Below, piece after piece: positions 60,501 through 64,000 of a DNA stretch of 64,000 nucleotides (positions are counted from its first letter, which is position 1; the number at the start of each line of letters is the position of its first letter). A model generated the notes under the pieces. It saw only the letters and a program-made list of their open reading frames with translations. It ran no database searches and had not been told where the DNA came from. The position numbers and the translations under genes were made by a program. Source of the stretch: Callorhinchus milii (lineage: Eukaryota); the NCBI RefSeq assembly GCF_018977255.1, contig NW_024704743.1, positions 109,556,001 to 109,620,000 on the forward strand, written 5' to 3'.

Positions 60501-61469
60501 AAGTAACTGCCGATTAATGCGATAGAAGTGAAGTGACTGCTCCACACCTACAGCTACCTTACTGCACGTCCCATCCATTCAATTAACTCTGGGGATCAGA
60601 GACAACTCTAAGCAGGGTGTGATTGATAGATACAAGACTCCAGCTACCTGCATCACTGAAAACATTGATGTCAAGATGTCAAGGCTATCCACTAACACTC
60701 AAGTGCAGTATAGGCACTTGGGCAAATGTGACAGGCAATTTGTAAACAGCAATGTCCCAAAAATATCCATGAAACGAATAACCAATTTGATTTGGGGGAT
60801 TGTTGGCCAGAACATCAGGAGAAACTCCCCTCCCTTCTCTTCAAATAGTGTCACGTAATCTTTAACATCTGCTTGAATGGCCAGATGAGACTTCAGTTTA
60901 ATGCCATTCCCTCTGACAAAGCAGTCCCCCAACTCCACCTCCCCACCCCCAATACTGACTGCACAGTTCATCTAAACTAATAGGGTCTTAAAATGGGACG
61001 AGGTGAAATTCTGGGTGTCCAGTGCCGTTATTTTCCATTTACCGTGTCTTGCCTCGATGAACACAAAAGAAGAATCACCAGAACGCATAGGAATAAAGCA
61101 GTAACAAGATGCGCCAACCCTTATTAGGAGCTATTTGAGTTCCCGTCAGTCATGGTTTCTTGTTTGTTCATTACAATTGGATTGTTTGAAAGTTTAATCT
61201 TCCAAGCATTGATTCTATTGACTGAAGATCATTGAATCAACTAACCCAAGAGACGTCAGCCTCGATGTGAAGAATCACTGGAGACATACTATTGGGTAAA
61301 GCTCCAGCGCTTTACCATAAACATATGTGACATGTTCAATTTCGATCACAAATGAATGCCGTTTGGCACGGATTACTGGCCTGATTACCAACAGGAGCAC
61401 CAGGCCTGTGATGTGCATGCCATTTATAGTGGGCGTGAGACAATATTGCTTCATTGCATCTGATCCTAT

Positions 61470-61915
61470 ATTTGGTGTTTGGACTCCCAGTCTAGGCTGC
61501 TATTCCTATGCAGTGCTGGGAAGCTCTGCATTTGGGGAAGTGCTGTCTTTCGGATCAGATATTAAACTGAGGTCCCGTCTGCGAATGCAGTTGACGTTAA
61601 AGATCCCATGGCACTTTTCAAAAACAGAAGGAAGCGTCTCCTGATATCCTGGCCAACAATCCCACGAATAAAATTATTCATTCCCTTTTGCAGCTGTTTG
61701 TGGGACATTGCTGCGCGCAAGTTGGATGTTGTGTTTGCCTATAAAAATACACAGCCATTGTATATTGTATATATTGTACATTATATAAAGCACTCTGAGA
61801 TGCTATCCTGCATGGAGGGCGCAATGTAAGTTTTTGTTGTTGTATACTTTTAAATACTTTGAGACTTTTCGACAATGTGATGAGGCACTAAATCAAATGC
61901 AAGGATTATTACGAT
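61470..61915 (+). mobile_element. Deu-domain SINE with an L2 tail nested at ~61785-61842
   Basis: GTGCTGTCTTTCGGATCAGATATTAAACTGAGGTCCCGTCTG..AAAGATCCCATGGCACTTTTC core; nested GCACTCTGAGATG..GGAGGGCGC..TTGTTGTTG. Confidence 0.8.
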
Positions 61916-62299
61916 GAATAATTAGCACAGGGAACACACTATGAATCGTGGCAAACTCCACCCCTGTAATTCAAACACAAATCCAGTCTGATAATGTCCA
62001 GTTTGCCCTCTGATTGCGGAATAATCCCTGGAACGACCAATCTGTTTGTGGTGAGGTCTTGTGGCATCTGGGTAATGAGAACTGTTTGATCAATTAAATC
62101 AAATATTCCTCAAGTTGTATATCAAGATATAATGACAGCTGCCTTCACTTGAATTGTTCAGGCTCACGGCATTTCCAACAAATCGATTGTTATGGAATTT
62201 TACTTTCAGAGACCAAATTGTTTCATATAATTGCATCTCATTAGTGCTGCTTCACTAATTCTCTGTAAAAAAAAATTCTGATTTTAGTCTGTTACGGTC

Positions 62300-62560
62300 A
62301 TAGCTTGTCTCAGTTGGTAGCCCTTTCAATCTCTGAGTCTTAAGCTTGTAGGTTCAAGCCCCATGTTGCACACAGCAAGGTTACACAAACAGCCATGGAG
62401 TGAGTGACCAATTTTATCTGGGAGATTGTTGGCCAGTGACACCAAGGGAAATTCTGTTCTCTTTTTGAATGCTGCCATGGTATCTTTAACACTCACTTGG
62501 GCAGGCAGACGAGATCTCAATTTAACATCTTATCCAAAGGATGGCATCTCTGACAATGGA
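62300..62560. mobile_element. Deu SINE head (+) fused to Deu SINE body (-)
   Basis: CTCAGTTGGTAG..GGTTCAAGCCCC on plus, then GCACACAGCAAG..GGATGGCATCTCTGACAATG on minus. Confidence 0.7.
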
Positions 62561-63104
62561 TTTTATCTCGCAAGCTTCCCACTGCTTGGCCAGACAGAAT
62601 CATTAAAGCAGTGGTGGCCAAATTCTTTGGTTAGCAACAAAATAAATGTTTCTTGTTTGAATGTTTCTTGATATATGGCATAAACCTATGCTATTTTGTT
62701 ATTTCTATCATTATTCTGTTGGCCAACCAAAATAATTGGCCACCACTGCATTAGAGCTTTGGCTTGCAGGGTTAATTGGTGACGATAGGGAAAGATCCCC
62801 ATTCCCAGTGAGAAATGTGTTCCAGAATGTGAGGAACTCCCTCTTCCTTTTGAAACCATATTAATCAGTTGATACTAAGAAAATAAATTGTCACGGTCTT
62901 GAGTCTACCTACAATGAAAGCTTTATTAAATGACAGCTCAACATTCACTCCTATGATTCAGAATACAAGTATGAGAATCATGTAACAGTTCTAATTCAAC
63001 ATGATAGAAGATCTCATTCCAGATTTCCTTCAAAGCAGGCACTTTACATTGCTAAAATACAGGGGCAGTATATAGATGAATGCATTAACAAATGGGATGT
63101 GTAA

Positions 63105-63290
63105 TAATCCTTATATTTGATACAGAGAGTTATCTCATCATTCAAACATCTCAAAGGGCTTTACAGGATTTTTCTGTAAAGTGTCGTGCCTATGTATTTT
63201 GTAGATGAACGTGGCAGCCAATTTGCACCCAGCAAATATTGCACAAAGGATCATGAAGTGAATGGCCAATTTTATCTGGAGGAATTGTCA
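63105..63290 (-). mobile_element. SINE 3' part
   Basis: AATAATCCTTATATTTGATAC tail through CCAATTTTATCTGGAGGAATTGT. Confidence 0.75.
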
Positions 63291-64000
63291 AATTGAGTTG
63301 TGTACTTTATGCTTTGGGGAGCTATCGTTTCAGTTTCTGAAGCTAACCTCGAAATCACAAGGAAGATTACAAGAAGTCACAAAGTCCTTCTGCCCATTTG
63401 ATCACACCCTTCCAAGTACTCACCCATCCCATTACCACAGCTGGATATTCCTTAAATGAGCCCAGTCTCCTGGCCTTTGCCACCCTTCCTGATCATATAA
63501 GAGACTGTGCTTCTCCCAGAAAGCCATGGAAGATGAATTAACTGAGGGATTTAGGAAAGAGATGGAGAAGTACTCGGAGAGTAAAAATATCAAGGGATAT
63601 GGTAAGAATATGGATGTAGCGCATGGAATAGTTTGTAATGGAGTGCTTTGATAGGCAAAATGGGCTTCTCCTTTATTAAATGCTGTGCTTTTCTACAAAT
63701 AACACTCACTACACTTCACACAAAAAATCCTGTGAAATGCTCTGAGACTTTCCAATGTTATAGGCATTGTATCAAATTAAAGGAATATATTAACTAATAT
63801 TATCATTGAGGCTACATACATGCATGTCCAAGCACTGGTCAAATCAAGTCAGTATGTTCACAGTGTTTCTACCCCACGTTATGTTCAATACTTGGGGGTG
63901 AAATCTGAAACAGAATTTCACAGAGAAGTTTTGAATTAGGATTCCACATTCATTATCTAAATGACATCTAAGCAACTGCATTGGGTCGCAGGGGAAAAAT

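Overview
Eukaryotic, repeat-dense vertebrate DNA. The repeat inventory (L2 and CR1 LINEs, Deu-domain tRNA-SINEs, a Penelope-like fragment) points to a cartilaginous fish, possibly a chimaera; this is inference, not a database result. Most of the window is nested retrotransposon debris. It includes about a dozen 5'-truncated L2 copies, one with an uninterrupted ~640-codon RT ORF (5742-7820), and three large CR1 copies. There are dozens of copies of two tRNA-derived SINE families that share an L2-like 3' tail, one good solo-LTR candidate with a 4-bp TSD, and a GIY-YIG Penelope-like relic. An old dispersed repeat could not be classified. The only reasonably supported host coding sequence is a probable terminal exon on the minus strand (11125-11391) of a gene I cannot name. 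Several weaker candidate exons and enhancer-like islands lie upstream of it. No rRNA, intact tRNA, CRISPR or prokaryotic system is present. The most interesting signals are an apparent insertion hotspot inside the SINE consensus, modular SINE head/body swapping, and covariation in the LINE/SINE 3' hairpin. Coordinates of old repeats are approximate and the SINE list is not exhaustive.
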